In this document: one piece after another, positions 1 to 10,906 of the stretch
Layout of the letters: the number at the start of each line of letters is the position of its first letter
How positions within the stretch are numbered: the first letter of the stretch is position 1
From: an uncultured Gemmatimonadales bacterium
GTDB taxonomy: Bacteria; Gemmatimonadota; Gemmatimonadetes; Longimicrobiales; RSA9
Assembly (NCBI GenBank): GCA_963798085.1
Contig: CAWCRS010000003.1
Location: forward strand, 160,001-224,000
DNA: 64,000 nucleotides
Direction of reading: 5' to 3'
The notes under the pieces: generated by a model
Told to the model about the DNA's origin: nothing
Database searches by the model: none
What the model saw: only the letters and a program-made list of their open reading frames with translations
Translations under genes and position numbers: made by a program

Positions 1-83
1 ATCAGTGTGGCGAGGATCGCGGTGGCCTGTTCGCGGAAGACCCGCTCGATGGCGGCGCGTGCATCCGTTGCGCTGGCGCTCAC
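1..83 (-). CDS. ECF RNA polymerase sigma factor, ECF42-like, N-terminus (partial, runs off window)
   Basis: Manual translation from GTG at 83 gives MSASATDARAAIERVFREQATAILATLI. This 'IERVFRE...ILATL' start is typical of ECF42 sigma factors, and it lies 4 nt after the YciI/DGPF gene, the usual partner. Confidence 0.75.
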   Translation of the reverse strand, partial: MSASATDARAAIERVFREQATAILATL

Positions 84-87
84 ACGC

Positions 88-429
88 TCACTCGACACCC
101 GCGTGAACCGGTCGGATCTCGACCGAGCCGCGGCCCACGCTGGGAATGCGTGACGCCCAGTCGATGGCCTCGTCGAGATCACTGCACTGGAGGATGTAGA
201 GGCCGGCCAGCTGCTCGCGCGTTTCGGCGAAGGGGCCGTCCGTCGTCAGCAGTCGACCTTCCCGCCGGCGCACTGTGGTGGCGGTGCCCGTCGGCCTCAG
301 TCCCGCGCCGGCCTTCCACACGCCGGCCTGCTTCACGCTCTTCGAGTACTCGAACCACGGCGTCAGGTCTCCGTGATCCGGGCCATCCCAGTTCTTCTCT
401 TCGTCATAGATGAGCAGCGCGTAGAACAT
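88..429 (-). CDS. YciI/DGPF-family protein
   Basis: Contains the TDGPFAETREQLAG motif and ends in VEIRPV. ATG at 429 is preceded by GAGGAGG. Confidence 0.9.
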   Translation of the reverse strand: MFYALLIYDEEKNWDGPDHGDLTPWFEYSKSVKQAGVWKAGAGLRPTGTATTVRRREGRLLTTDGPFAETREQLAGLYILQCSDLDEAIDWASRIPSVGRGSVEIRPVHAGVE

Positions 430-471
430 CCCGTCCTCCTCGCGGATGGTGAACGTCACGTCCGGATAATC

Positions 472-497
472 GACGAACGGGCTTCACGAAATCGACA
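472..497 (-). promoter_or_regulatory. ECF42-type promoter, TGTCGA-N16-CGTC
   Basis: Minus strand reads TGTCGA TTTCGTGAAGCCCGTT CGTC, ~40 nt upstream of the YciI start. It matches the ECF42 autoregulatory consensus as I recall it. Confidence 0.65.
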
Positions 498-537
498 GGA
501 TTGAGAGTGATGCGCGGCAGGCAGGCAGGAAAGCGCC

Positions 538-571
538 GACGGGAGGCCGGTGCGCGTGCCGGCCTCCCGTC
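538..571 (-). terminator. Hairpin after the amino-acid permease
   Basis: Perfect 13-bp stem GACGGGAGGCCGG/CCGGCCTCCCGTC, with only a short U-run downstream on the minus strand. Confidence 0.55.
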
Positions 572-660
572 GCGGCGCTCACATGCTCGTGGTTGTGCAG
601 GGACTGAGGTTCGCGCCGGCCCCACGCAAGGTCGGTGTCGGCGCTCCCTCGACGCGGGCC

Positions 661-2112
661 TTAGTCGGCAGCCGCCCCTCCTCGCTCGCGCAAGCGCAAT
701 GCGCCTGCACGACCGTAGAGGAAGTAGATCAGCAGTCCGATCACCAGCCAGATGATCAGCCGCTCCCACGTGGCAAGTGGCAGACCCGCCATCAGGTAGA
801 AGCAGGAGGCGGCGCCCAGCAGCGGCACCCACGGCATGGCCGGGGTCCTGAACGGACGCGGCAGCTCCGGCTGCGTGCGCCGCAACACCAGCACGCCGAG
901 GCACACCAGCACGAACGCCAGCAGTGTGCCGATGGACACCAGCTCACCCAGGATGCTGATGGGGAAGAGCGCGGCTGCGATCGCCACGCAAACGCCGGTC
1001 ACCGCTGTCGTGATGTACGGCGTGCGGAACTTGGGGTGGATCTTGCCGAACACGGGCGGCAGCAGACCGTCGCGGCTCATCGAGTAGAAGATGCGGGGCT
1101 GGCCCAGCAGCATCACGAGGATGACGCTCGAAAGACCCGCGATCGCGCCCAGCTTGATCAACGGCCGCAGCCAGAACAGGCCGGTCGCGTCAATACCCAC
1201 TGCCATGGGGTCCGCCACATTGAGCTGCCCGTAGGGCACGATGCCGGTGAGCACCGCGGACACCGCAATGTAGAGCACGGTGCAGATCAGGAGTGATGCG
1301 AGAATGCCGATGGGCATGTCGCGTTGAGGGTTCTTCGCCTCCTGCGCCGCCGTCGATACCGCATCGAATCCGATGTAGGCGAAGAAGATCACGCCGGCGC
1401 CGCGCAGCACGCCGCTCCAGCCGTAGACACCGAAGGTACCGTTGTTGGGCGGAATGAACGGTGTGAGGTTCGCCGGCTTCACGTACTGCGCGCCGAACGC
1501 GATGAACAGCAGCACCACGCACACCTTGAGGATCACGATCACCGCATTGGTGCGTGCCGATTCCTGAATGCCGATGATCAGCAGCGTCGAAACCGCCAGC
1601 ACGATGAGCATGGCAGGCAGGTTGAAGATCGCGGTTACCGGACCGCCTGCCGTGTTGATCACGGTGCCCGGCGCCGCGGAAAGCGCCGCCGGTATGTTGA
1701 TGTGGATGTCACGCAGGAAGCTGATCACGTAGCCGGACCAGCCCACGGCCACCGTGGAGGCGCCCAGCGAGTACTCGAGGATCAGGTCCCAGCCGATGAT
1801 CCACGCCAGCAGCTCGCCCATGGTCGCGTACGCATACGTGTACGCGCTGCCGGCGACCGGGATCATGCTCGCCAGCTCCGCATAGCAGAGGCCCGCGAAG
1901 GCGCAGGCGATGCCGGCGAACACGAACGACAGCACGATCGCCGGGCCCGCATACTGTGCCGCCGCCTGACCGGTCAGCACGAAAATGCCCGCGCCAATGA
2001 TGGCGCCCACGCCCAGCGTCGTGAGGTTGAGCGGTCCGAGCACGCGTTTCAGGGTGCCGGAATCCGCCTCGCGCTGCAGCGATTCGAAACTCTTCCTCGC
2101 CATCATCGACAT
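661..2112 (-). CDS. APC-family (cationic amino acid type) permease
   Basis: 483 aa, about 12 TM segments, motifs [36 protein letters not shown] and [10 protein letters not shown]. Confidence 0.95.
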   Translation of the reverse strand: MSMMARKSFESLQREADSGTLKRVLGPLNLTTLGVGAIIGAGIFVLTGQAAAQYAGPAIVLSFVFAGIACAFAGLCYAELASMIPVAGSAYTYAYATMGELLAWIIGWDLILEYSLGASTVAVGWSGYVISFLRDIHINIPAALSAAPGTVINTAGGPVTAIFNLPAMLIVLAVSTLLIIGIQESARTNAVIVILKVCVVLLFIAFGAQYVKPANLTPFIPPNNGTFGVYGWSGVLRGAGVIFFAYIGFDAVSTAAQEAKNPQRDMPIGILASLLICTVLYIAVSAVLTGIVPYGQLNVADPMAVGIDATGLFWLRPLIKLGAIAGLSSVILVMLLGQPRIFYSMSRDGLLPPVFGKIHPKFRTPYITTAVTGVCVAIAAALFPISILGELVSIGTLLAFVLVCLGVLVLRRTQPELPRPFRTPAMPWVPLLGAASCFYLMAGLPLATWERLIIWLVIGLLIYFLYGRAGALRLRERGGAAAD

Positions 2113-2119
2113 GGTCTTC

Positions 2120-2305
2120 TCACACCCCCTTGTTGGTCCGGCTGCCTCGCCAGACGAGGTACACGAAACCGAGCAGCAGGACGTAGCCTACAATGGCCGG
2201 CGCGTTGTGTGGAATGCTCGAAAGGATCTTGCCGAGCGTAAGACCCTGGCCCTGCACTGCCGGTGACGCCGGTGCTGCCTGTATCATCAAGGTGGATTGG
2301 ATCAT
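2120..2305 (-). CDS. Small single-pass membrane protein (61 aa)
   Basis: CAGGAGG SD precedes ATG at 2305. One hydrophobic helix ([16 protein letters not shown]). The stop lies 7 nt before the permease start. Confidence 0.6.
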   Translation of the reverse strand: MIQSTLMIQAAPASPAVQGQGLTLGKILSSIPHNAPAIVGYVLLLGFVYLVWRGSRTNKGV

Positions 2306-2750
2306 GCTGCAGTCTTCCTCCTGCCCGGGTCTGCGGCACGGCGCGTTGCGCCGCCCGTCGTTCGCCGCGCGCTGCTCCTCCGGTGCGCGGGCCGTGACGG
2401 ATCCCGTCCATCGGCCCGCATCGCCGACGCGATGTCCGGGCAAGTGCGGATGGAGAGCGCGAGCGGGCCTGGTGTGAGTCTGGCGGCAACCCCGGACTGC
2501 GCCGTCGCCATCAGAGGCGGCATCGCGGTCGGGAGCAATCGAGTACGGGTTCCATGGATGCGCACCGATACGCGAAAGGAGGCGCCAGCGCCTCCTGCCT
2601 GAGTTGGTACAAACGCCGAAATTGGGACGGTCGGGGCATGTTAGTGCTCGCCTCCCGGCCCGTCAATGCCGCGTGGTGGAGGACTTGCCCGGATGCGTGC
2701 GCGGCTCGATGCTGTGCCGGGCACATGGTGAAATTCGAGCGTGAGGACGC

Positions 2751-3860
2751 GTGAATACGGGGAGCGTCGCACTCTTCGTTCTGGGGCTGGTGCTGCTGAT
2801 CGTGGGCGCGGAGGGCCTGGTGCGCGGCTCCAGTCGCCTGGCGCGGCGCCTGGGCGTGCCTTCACTCATCATCGGGCTCACCATCGTGGCCTTCGGCACC
2901 AGTTCGCCGGAAGTGCTGGTCAGCGTCCAGGCCGCCATCGCCGGACGGCCCGACATCGCGCTCGGCAATGTGGTGGGGAGCAACATCTTCAACGTACTGT
3001 TCATCCTGGGCGTGTCGGCGCTGGTGTCGCCGCTCATCGTATCCGAGCAGCTGGTACGGAGCGATGTGCCGATCATGATCGGCGTTTCCTCGCTGGCCAT
3101 GCTGTTCGCCATGAACGGCAGACTGGGACGGGCGGAAGGCGCGTTACTGCTGCTGCTGCTCGTGCTGTACGTTGGTTTCCTCGTGTGGCTGGCGAGACGG
3201 CAGTCGCCGGCGCCAGTCGAGGCGGTGGGCCAGGGCCCGCCGCCCCCTCGACCGCGCACACGCTGGCAGCAGCTGTTCATTGACGGCGTCCTCATCGTGC
3301 TGGGGCTGGTGCTGCTGGTGGCCGGCTCGCGCTGGCTGGTGCTCGGCGCGGTCGAGATCGCGCGCGCCCTCGGCGTCAGCGAGCTGGTGATCGGACTGAC
3401 CATCGTCGCCGCCGGCACATCACTGCCCGAAGTCGCGACATCGGTTGTGGCCAGCATCCGCAAGGAACGCGACATCGCGGTGGGTAACATCATCGGCAGC
3501 AACATCTTCAACCTGCTGGGCGTGCTGGGCTGCGCGGCGCTGGTGGCGAAGGGCGGCATCAACGTGCCGGAAGCCGCGCTGACCTTCGACATGCCGGTGA
3601 TGATCACGGTGTCAATGGCGTGCCTGCCCGTGTTCTTCGCCGGTTTCCGCATCGACCGCTGGGAGGGCGCCATCTTCCTGAGCTACTACGTGGCATACAT
3701 CACGTTCCTCATCCTGGACGCCACCCATCATGAGGCGCTGCCCGTGTTCACCGGCATCATGCTGCTGTTCGTGGTGCCGCTGACGATGCTGACGTTCACC
3801 GTGGTGCTGGTACGCTCCCGCCTGGCGCAGTCGGGCGCGGCGCGCTCCCCGTCCAAGTGA
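2751..3860 (+). CDS. Calcium/sodium antiporter (CaCA, YrbG-like)
   Basis: Two alpha repeats: GTSSPE...GSNIFN and GTSLPE...GSNIFN. Confidence 0.95.
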   Translation: MNTGSVALFVLGLVLLIVGAEGLVRGSSRLARRLGVPSLIIGLTIVAFGTSSPEVLVSVQAAIAGRPDIALGNVVGSNIFNVLFILGVSALVSPLIVSEQLVRSDVPIMIGVSSLAMLFAMNGRLGRAEGALLLLLLVLYVGFLVWLARRQSPAPVEAVGQGPPPPRPRTRWQQLFIDGVLIVLGLVLLVAGSRWLVLGAVEIARALGVSELVIGLTIVAAGTSLPEVATSVVASIRKERDIAVGNIIGSNIFNLLGVLGCAALVAKGGINVPEAALTFDMPVMITVSMACLPVFFAGFRIDRWEGAIFLSYYVAYITFLILDATHHEALPVFTGIMLLFVVPLTMLTFTVVLVRSRLAQSGAARSPSK

Positions 3861-3933
3861 TTGCGTACCGGTGATGCCAGGGATGGCAGGCGACGCCGCC
3901 GCCGCTCGCCTGCGTCGCGCTTCTAACAGCCTG

Positions 3934-4371
3934 TCAGTCGTCGGGCTGCACGGGACCGCGCTCCCGCTTGCGTTCGCCGCGCTGCTTCTTGCTGCGCAGT
4001 CGCGCTTCGCGCGCGGCTCTGGTCGGCTTCGTCCGCCGGCGAGGCTTCGGCCGGCGCATGGCCGTGGCGAGCAGCGAGGCGAAGCGTTCGGTCGCAGCCT
4101 CGCGGTTGCGCAGCTGGCTGCGCTCGCCGGCGGCGACCAGGCGCAGCACACCGCGGCTGTCCAGGCGGCTGGCCAGCCGAATCAGCAGGTACGCCCGCTG
4201 CTCCTCACTGAGCGAAGGCGATGCGCTGACATCCCAGGTAAGCTCGATGCGCGTGGCCGACGTGTTGACGTGCTGGCCGCCGGGACCGCCCGCGCGCGTC
4301 GCGCGGTAGCTCAGTTCGGCCCGTGGTATGACCAGCTGCTCATTGATGCGGATCGCATCATCCTCCATCAT
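3934..4371 (-). CDS. arfB: Alternative ribosome rescue peptidyl-tRNA hydrolase ArfB
   Basis: AGGPGGQHVN (GGQ motif), RSQLRNRE, and a basic C-terminal tail. Start placed at MMEDD. Confidence 0.93.
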   Translation of the reverse strand: MMEDDAIRINEQLVIPRAELSYRATRAGGPGGQHVNTSATRIELTWDVSASPSLSEEQRAYLLIRLASRLDSRGVLRLVAAGERSQLRNREAATERFASLLATAMRRPKPRRRTKPTRAAREARLRSKKQRGERKRERGPVQPDD

Positions 4372-4520
4372 GCGCGGAGTGTGCGCTCGTGAACTGCGCC
4401 GCGCAATGTCACGCACGCCGCAGGCTTCCCCTCGCTGCGGCGGATGATAGCGCCGTGCTTCAGCGGAGCGCGCGGGAAAGGGCGGAATGCCCGCGCCGGC
4501 GAGGGTCATCGCAGGCACGC

Positions 4521-5183
4521 GTGCGGCAGGCGCTTGTGCTGCCGTTTCTTGCGTGGGTGGTGGCGCTGTCAGCCTGCGGCCGGCCGCCCGTCGATCAGCC
4601 TGCGGCGCAGACCGCGCCCGCGGACACCGTGCTGCGCGATGCGCTGTTGCGCATGGGACTGCTCGATCAGACGGTGCGCGCGGGTCTCACGGCGAGTGCG
4701 GTGGCGGATACCGGCTTCATGCGCGCCACGCTGGCCATGGACTCGGCCCTGACTCGCCGTTTGCGGCTCATTGTCACGCAGAAGGGCTGGCCCGGCTGGG
4801 ACATGGTAGGGCGCAAGGCGGGTGATGCGGCGTTCCTCGTGCTGCAGCACAGTCCATCGGATGCATTTCAGCGCGAACTGCTGCCCAGGCTGGAGAAGGC
4901 GGCCGCGGCCGGTCAGGCAGCGCCGGGTGATGTGGCTCTGCTGACCGACCGCGTGCGCACCCACGATGGCAGACCGCAGCGTTACGGCACGCAGTTCCGC
5001 ATCGTGGAGGGCGCGCTGGTGCCGTATCCCATCGAAGACCTCGGGGCTCTCGACCGACTCCGTGCCGAGGTCGGGCTCATGCCCATGAGTGAATACGTGA
5101 AGCTGCTCGAGCAGACCTACGACGGGCCGGTCCGCTGGCCGCCGGACGCCACAGCGCCGCACGCCACGACGACGACACACTGA
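4521..5183 (+). CDS. DUF6624-like lipoprotein
   Basis: Lipobox LSAC, and motifs DQxxR, GWPG, AAFLVLQH, LLTDRV and QRYGTQF. Start is uncertain. Confidence 0.7.
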   Translation: MRQALVLPFLAWVVALSACGRPPVDQPAAQTAPADTVLRDALLRMGLLDQTVRAGLTASAVADTGFMRATLAMDSALTRRLRLIVTQKGWPGWDMVGRKAGDAAFLVLQHSPSDAFQRELLPRLEKAAAAGQAAPGDVALLTDRVRTHDGRPQRYGTQFRIVEGALVPYPIEDLGALDRLRAEVGLMPMSEYVKLLEQTYDGPVRWPPDATAPHATTTTH

Positions 5184-5210
5184 GACGCATCGTCGCCTGT
5201 CATCCGTGCA

Positions 5211-6477
5211 TCAGCTGGCCTCGGCCGCGTGCACGGTCGTGATGTCACCCACGCGGATGCGGCGGATGTGGTCCACATCGTCCGTGTCCTTCCACACGCC
5301 ATACACCTCGTTACCCTTGATGCGCATCGGGTTGAAGTGGTCGGGCATCGTGATGGCGCCCAGGTACTTTCCATCCTTGTCGAAGACATCCCAGACGGGT
5401 GAGCCGGCGTTCTGCGGATCGAATTCGCCGCCTTCCTTCTGCACATCCGCCGCGGTGCGGATGCGCTGCACCCAGAGCGACGATGCCGGGCCTGCGATCA
5501 GCTGCGCGAACGCGGGATAGTTGTCCGCGAACTGCACGCTGTTCATCACGATGTCCATGGCCTGCGGCGGCACGCCCTGCCGCTGGAACAGCTCGCGGAT
5601 CAGCTTGAGGAATGCCTGCTTGTCCGCATCGGTCACCGGCTTGCGCTCGACGTTGCGGCGCACGATGCGCTGCAGCTTGCCGGTGCGGTCGTGCACGAGG
5701 ATGCTGTACTCCGAGTTCACGGCGTAGTAGAATGTGGCCGTCTTCACCCAGCGCCCAGATGGGTTCCGAGTCGAAGAGCCTGATGGTCATCGAGCCCTTG
5801 CCCATCTGGAACGACTTGCCCGGCGGCAGCTCGAGCACGGTGTCCATGATGGCGCCGGCCGGACTGCGCACGAGCAGCAGATCCTTCGGCTCGACCTGCG
5901 TCTGCGCGCCGGGGAAGTTCATCATGCGCAGCTGCTGGATGATCTGACCATCTGCCGCCACGGCCCACTTGATGGGAATGCCGCTCGAGATCGGAATGGG
6001 GAAGCCGGTCAGCAGTGTACCGTCCGAGGCGAAGCGCATCACTTCCTGTTTGCCCATGTCGGGAACCAGCAGCGTGTCGCCAGGGACGATGATGAAGCCC
6101 GCTGTGGCGGGTCCGAACTCACCCGGGCCGTTGCCTGGCTTGCCAATGGTACGCACGTACTTCCCCGCCGCATCGAACACGCGGATGTTGTGCGCCTGGG
6201 CATCGAGCACGTACATCGAGCCGTCAGCACCCACATCGAGACCCGCGACCTGACCGAACTGGTAGTTCACGTCGCCGCCCGTGCTGCCGAACGTGAGCTC
6301 CTCCTTGATGTCCGGCTGCTGGGCCGCCGTCCAGATGGGTTGTTCCGGATTCTGCACGATCTGCACGCCCGCGCTGTCGGAAACGGTGCCGGCCCAGCTG
6401 TCCCGCTGGCCGCACGCCGCAACCGCGAACACCAGGAATGCCGCCAACCGGTAATGGCTGGTGCCATGCCTCTTCAT
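5211..6477 (-). CDS. 6-bladed beta-propeller (NHL-like) lipoprotein, frameshifted at ~5737
   Basis: Lipobox VAAC and NHL-like RTIGKPGNGPGEF. The frame continues as ...DGTFYYAVNSEYS...WDVFDKDGKYLG if one base is removed from GACGGCCACATTC. Confidence 0.8.
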
Positions 6478-6710
6478 GCTGCGCTCCTCTGGATCGAGTG
6501 GGTGGCCACGGAGCATAACGCAGGACGACGAGACGGGGGAGTGCTCGCGGTCCGCGCGACGTGGCCGGACACAATACGCGGACCTGCGCGAGCGGATTCA
6601 CTGGCAGGGCGTAACCGGCTGCGTTGTCGCATATTGTCGCGTCCGGTGCAGCTTCGCAAATTTGTGCTGCGTACGCGGACGCTCGCATGCCCCTTGCCGC
6701 CGCGAATCTC

Positions 6711-8225
6711 ATGCGCCTGCGCACACGACTGCTGCTGCCGTTGCTCGCTGCGGTCGCCATCGTCATGACCGTTTTCGCGACCTGGGCGGTGGGCCAGCGT
6801 GAGACCACGCTGACGGAGCAGTCATCGCGTGAGGTGAACGCGTACGCCATTGCGCTGGGACTGGCGATCGAGCCTGCGTTCCGCGGGCCCACGCCGGGTG
6901 ATGTGCAGGCCATCATCGATGCCATCAGCCGCGAGCGCACGATCTACGGTGTGCTGGTCTATGGCGACGACGGGCACATGATGTTCGCGTCGGATCCGCT
7001 GGGATCGAGCGCGGCGGCGCCTGTGGCTGCAGTGGCGCGCGTGCTCGCGGCCAATGCGCCGTCCACCATCGAGCGCACCATTGACGACGAGCCGGTGCAC
7101 TCCGTGCTGCGTCCGATTCACGATGCACGGCAGCGCGTGGTGGGCGCATTCGAGGTGGCGCAGCCGCGTTCCTTCCTGACCGACCAGATCCGGCAGACGC
7201 GACAACGTTTCATCCTCAACACGCTGACGCTGCTGGCGGCGGTCACCATCCTGATTCTCTGGCTGGTGCAGCAACTGGTGTCGCAACCGCTGGGTCATTT
7301 CGGCATGGCGGCGCAGGCGCTCGGGCGAGGTGAGCTGGCGCACCGTATCAGCGAGCAGGGCGGCCAGGAGCTGGAGGGCCTGGCGCGCGAATTCAATCGC
7401 ATGGCCGGCCATCTGGAGACCGCGCGAACGGACCTCGTGCGTCAGGCGGAACAGCGTGTTTCGCTCGAACGGCGGCTGCGCGAAACCGAAAAGCTCGCGG
7501 CGCTGGGCAACATGGCCGCCGGGCTGGCGCACGAAATCGCGGCGCCGCTGCACGTGATTCGCGGGCGAACGGAACTGCTGCTGCGCAAGATACCGGAGAA
7601 CGCGTTGGAGGAGCGCAATCTGCGCATCATCGTGGAGCAGATCGGGCGCATCACCGTGATCATGCGCAACCTGCTCGACTTCGCGCGCCGCCGCGAGCCA
7701 CGCCTGATCGCCACTGATCTGGGCGCCGTGTTAGCCGGTGTACTGGAGTTTCTGGACTGGGAAATGGGCCGCGCGCGCGTGACCGTCACGTGGGAGGGCC
7801 CGCGCGAGCTGCCCGTGCGCGCGGACGCCGACCTGATGCACCAGGTTTTCATCAATCTGTTCATCAACGCGGTGCAGGCACTCGAGCCGTTGCAGGGGGA
7901 GGGTCGCATCGGCGTGCGCACTCGCCTGGAGACCGGGGACACGGCCGGTGACGGGCTGGAGCAGGTGGTGGTGGAAGTGGAGGACAACGGGCCGGGCATT
8001 CCGCTCGAGATCCGCGAGCATTCGTTCGAACCCTTCATTACCACGAAGACGCAAGGCGGCACCGGCCTCGGACTGGCTGTGGCGCGCAGCATTGTCGAGG
8101 AGCACGGCGGCCGGCTCGAGCTGGATTCGTCGCCGGCCCGGAGCGCCGGGGACGACGCGCGCCCGGGCGCGCTGTTCCGGTTGCTGCTGCCCGTGTCGGG
8201 ACAGGAGGCCGCGCTGCATGGCTGA
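6711..8225 (+). CDS. Membrane sensor histidine kinase (HAMP, HisKA, HATPase)
   Basis: Two TM segments, HAMP, H-box [10 protein letters not shown]-box [10 protein letters not shown]1 DNGPGIP, G2 GTGLGL. Confidence 0.95.
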   Translation: MRLRTRLLLPLLAAVAIVMTVFATWAVGQRETTLTEQSSREVNAYAIALGLAIEPAFRGPTPGDVQAIIDAISRERTIYGVLVYGDDGHMMFASDPLGSSAAAPVAAVARVLAANAPSTIERTIDDEPVHSVLRPIHDARQRVVGAFEVAQPRSFLTDQIRQTRQRFILNTLTLLAAVTILILWLVQQLVSQPLGHFGMAAQALGRGELAHRISEQGGQELEGLAREFNRMAGHLETARTDLVRQAEQRVSLERRLRETEKLAALGNMAAGLAHEIAAPLHVIRGRTELLLRKIPENALEERNLRIIVEQIGRITVIMRNLLDFARRREPRLIATDLGAVLAGVLEFLDWEMGRARVTVTWEGPRELPVRADADLMHQVFINLFINAVQALEPLQGEGRIGVRTRLETGDTAGDGLEQVVVEVEDNGPGIPLEIREHSFEPFITTKTQGGTGLGLAVARSIVEEHGGRLELDSSPARSAGDDARPGALFRLLLPVSGQEAALHG

Positions 8226-9540
8226 GCAGGTGCTGCTGGTCGAAGACAATCGCGAGCTGCGCGCGTTCCTCACCGAAGTGCTGGAGGATGCAGGCCACGC
8301 GGTATCGGCATTCCCCAGCGGCGAGCTGGCGCTCGATCACGTGCTGCGCGGCGGCGCGTGCGATGTCGTGGTCACCGATCTGATGATGCCGGGCATGCGC
8401 GGCTCGGAGCTGCTGACGCGCGTACGCGAAAAGCGACCCGAGATCAACGTCATCGCCATCACCGCGTTCGGCTCCATCGAGTCTGCCATCGAGCTGGTGA
8501 AGCAGGGCGCGTTCGACTACCTGACAAAGCCTTTCGGTACGGAGGATTTCCTGCTGGCGGTTACGCGGGCGCTGGAGGAGAGCCGCTGGCGTCGCGAAGC
8601 GGCACTGCTGGCGAGGGACATGGAGCCGCCCCTGCCCGGCTTCGTGGGCGCGAGTCTGCCCATGCAGGAAGTCTTCGCGCTGATCCGCCGCATCGGGCCA
8701 TCGACACGCGCGGCGCTGCTCACGGGCGAGAGCGGCACCGGCAAGGAACTGGTCGCGCGCGCGCTGCACGCGATTTCGCAGCGACGCGAATTCATCGCTG
8801 TCAATTGCTCCGCGCTCCCCGAACAGCTGCTCGAGTCCGAGCTGTTCGGCCACGATCGCGGCGCCTTCACGGGTGCGGAGCGCTCCAGCATGGGGTTGTT
8901 CGAGGCGGCGCACGGCGGCACGCTCTTCCTCGACGAAATCGGCGAGTTGCCCGCCGCGCTGCAGCCCAAGCTGCTGCGCGCGCTGGAGAGCGGCGAGATC
9001 AGGCGAGTGGGCGCCACGACGGCGCAACGCGTGGACGCACGCGTCGTCGCCGCATCCAACCGCGACCTCGATGCCGAAGTCGCGGCCGGCCGCTTCCGCG
9101 AGGACCTCTTCTGGCGCCTCAACGTGCTGCACATCCACCTGCCGCCGCTGCGCGACCGGCCCGCGGACATTCCGCCGCTGGCCGAGCATTTCGCCGGCGA
9201 CAGGCCCATTGCCGGCGATGCAATGGCGCTGCTCACGGCGTACCCGTGGCCCGGCAATGTGCGCGAGCTGCGCAACGCCATCGATCGCGCACTCACATTG
9301 TCCACCGGCGACACGGTGCGCCCGGACGACCTGCCGCCGCGCATCCTGCGCGCGGGCCGCGCCACCACCATCGTCTCCGATGCATCACGCCGTCAGGTCT
9401 CGCTGCGCGATCTGGAACGCGAGTACATCCTCGAGATCCTGCGCCAGGTTGGCGGCAACAAGACACGCGCGGCGGAGATCCTCGGCCTGGATCGCAAGAC
9501 GCTCTACCGCAAACTCGACGAGTACGGCACGGGCGGGTGA
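8218..9540 (+). CDS. Sigma-54-dependent response regulator (NtrC/AtoC family)
   Basis: Receiver (VEDN, TDLMMP, YLTKPF), Walker [23 protein letters not shown] and Fis-type HTH. Overlaps the kinase stop. Confidence 0.96.
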   Translation: MAEQVLLVEDNRELRAFLTEVLEDAGHAVSAFPSGELALDHVLRGGACDVVVTDLMMPGMRGSELLTRVREKRPEINVIAITAFGSIESAIELVKQGAFDYLTKPFGTEDFLLAVTRALEESRWRREAALLARDMEPPLPGFVGASLPMQEVFALIRRIGPSTRAALLTGESGTGKELVARALHAISQRREFIAVNCSALPEQLLESELFGHDRGAFTGAERSSMGLFEAAHGGTLFLDEIGELPAALQPKLLRALESGEIRRVGATTAQRVDARVVAASNRDLDAEVAAGRFREDLFWRLNVLHIHLPPLRDRPADIPPLAEHFAGDRPIAGDAMALLTAYPWPGNVRELRNAIDRALTLSTGDTVRPDDLPPRILRAGRATTIVSDASRRQVSLRDLEREYILEILRQVGGNKTRAAEILGLDRKTLYRKLDEYGTGG

Positions 9541-9762
9541 GCGCCGGGCAACCGCCGTGGTTTCCAGCCTCGGCGCCGGCGCGAAATGCCACACCCCTCC
9601 CCGAGTCCCCTCCATCCCATGGCGTCCCGGGGCGTGGTGCGCGGCTGAGCCGAAGATGACGCCGGTGGTGGCCGCGGTGAACTGTGGCGGTGCGCCGCAC
9701 CCCGGGGCGTTGTGTCGTCGCATTAAGTACCTGTAAACAAACAACTTGAGAAACGCACTTCG

Positions 9763-9777
9763 TGGCCTCAGGCTTGC
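9763..9777 (+). promoter_or_regulatory. Sigma-54 (-24/-12) promoter
   Basis: TGGCCTCAGGCTTGC gives GG-N10-GC. It is preceded by an AT-rich IHF-like tract (9722-9750) and lies ~50 nt upstream of the AGGAGG/TTG start of the USP gene. Confidence 0.65.
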
Positions 9778-9824
9778 CATGGCAGAGATCACGCGGGCGC
9801 AGGCAAGGTGAGGAGGCAAGTCGG

Positions 9825-10275
9825 TTGAGCGAGCAGGCCGGACTGATTGTGGGTGTGGATTTCTCGGCGGGATCAGCGGCGGCGCTCGAGCACGCGCGCC
9901 GGCTCGCGGAGCAGTTCCAGTGTCCGCTCGAGATCGTGCATGTAGTGGAAGGCCGGCAGGACTGGCGGGCGGCGCCCGGTGCGGAGGGGATGGCTGGAGC
10001 AGGCGGGCGTGACTGCGGGTGAGGTGCTGCTGCGAACGGGCGTGCCCTGGTTCGAGCTGTCGCGCTACGTCGAGGACGTTGGCGCGATGATGCTGGTGGT
10101 CGGCAGTCACGGCAGATCCGGCTACCACCCGCTCGCGCTCGGATCCACCGCACTGCGGCTGGGCATCATGTGTCGCACGCCGGTGCTCATGGTGCGCGCT
10201 GCGACAGCGGGCCGCGAATGGCGTCATGGCGGCGATGGCGAGCGTGCGAAAAGTCCGGCGCGTCGCGCGGAGTGA
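9825..10275 (+). CDS. Universal stress protein (UspA family), frameshifted at ~9988
   Basis: N-terminal IVGVDFSAGSAAALEHA...IVHV and C-terminal LVVGSHGRSG...LGSTA...PVLMV lie in two frames joined at a G-run (GAGGGGATGG). Confidence 0.8.
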
Positions 10276-10320
10276 CGATCCTGAGATCAGACGATTCAAT
10301 CCCGACAGGAGGAAGAGAGC

Positions 10321-10887
10321 ATGAAGCAGCGTGTACGGAGTGTGGCCCTGCTGTCCCTCGCGGCAGCCGCAGGTCTGGTGAGCGCGTCTTGCGGCAAGAA
10401 GCGGCCGCCCGAGTCACCGGCGCCGCAGCAGCAGACGCAGTCCCGGACGCAGGTGCGCAACGACGATGCGCCGCGCGCGGACGCGGGCACTGACGACAGT
10501 GCGGCGAGGGAAGAAGCGATGCGGCGCAACCGCGCCGTCCTCGAGCAGCGCATCCTCTTCGCGTACGATGATGCCAGTCTGAGTGAGTCGGCACAGGCCG
10601 CGTTGCGCGCCAAGCTGGCGGTGCTGCGGGCCGATCCGTCGATCCGTTTGCGCATTGAAGGGCATGCGGACGAGCGCGGCTCGAACGAGTACAACCTTGC
10701 TCTGGGTTTGCGGCGCGCACGCGCGGCGGTGGAGTATCTCGCGGGTTTCGGCATTGATGCGCAGCGCATCACGGTGCAGACATTCGGCGAGGATCGTCCT
10801 GCCGCAATGGGTCACGACGAGTCGTCCTGGTCGCAGAACCGGCGCGACGAGTTCGTGGTGACAGCGCCCATGCCGCCGTCCGACTGA
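10321..10887 (+). CDS. pal: Peptidoglycan-associated lipoprotein Pal (OmpA family)
   Basis: Lipoprotein signal (SASC), FAYD, IEGHADERGSNEYNLALGLRRA, and FGEDRP...SQNRR. Confidence 0.9.
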   Translation: MKQRVRSVALLSLAAAAGLVSASCGKKRPPESPAPQQQTQSRTQVRNDDAPRADAGTDDSAAREEAMRRNRAVLEQRILFAYDDASLSESAQAALRAKLAVLRADPSIRLRIEGHADERGSNEYNLALGLRRARAAVEYLAGFGIDAQRITVQTFGEDRPAAMGHDESSWSQNRRDEFVVTAPMPPSD

Positions 10888-10906
10888 CAACCTTTCCAGG
10901 ATTGAC

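Noticed and set aside
2310..2750. Lysine/glycine riboswitch or T-box upstream of the amino-acid permease
   Set aside because: No recognisable consensus elements.
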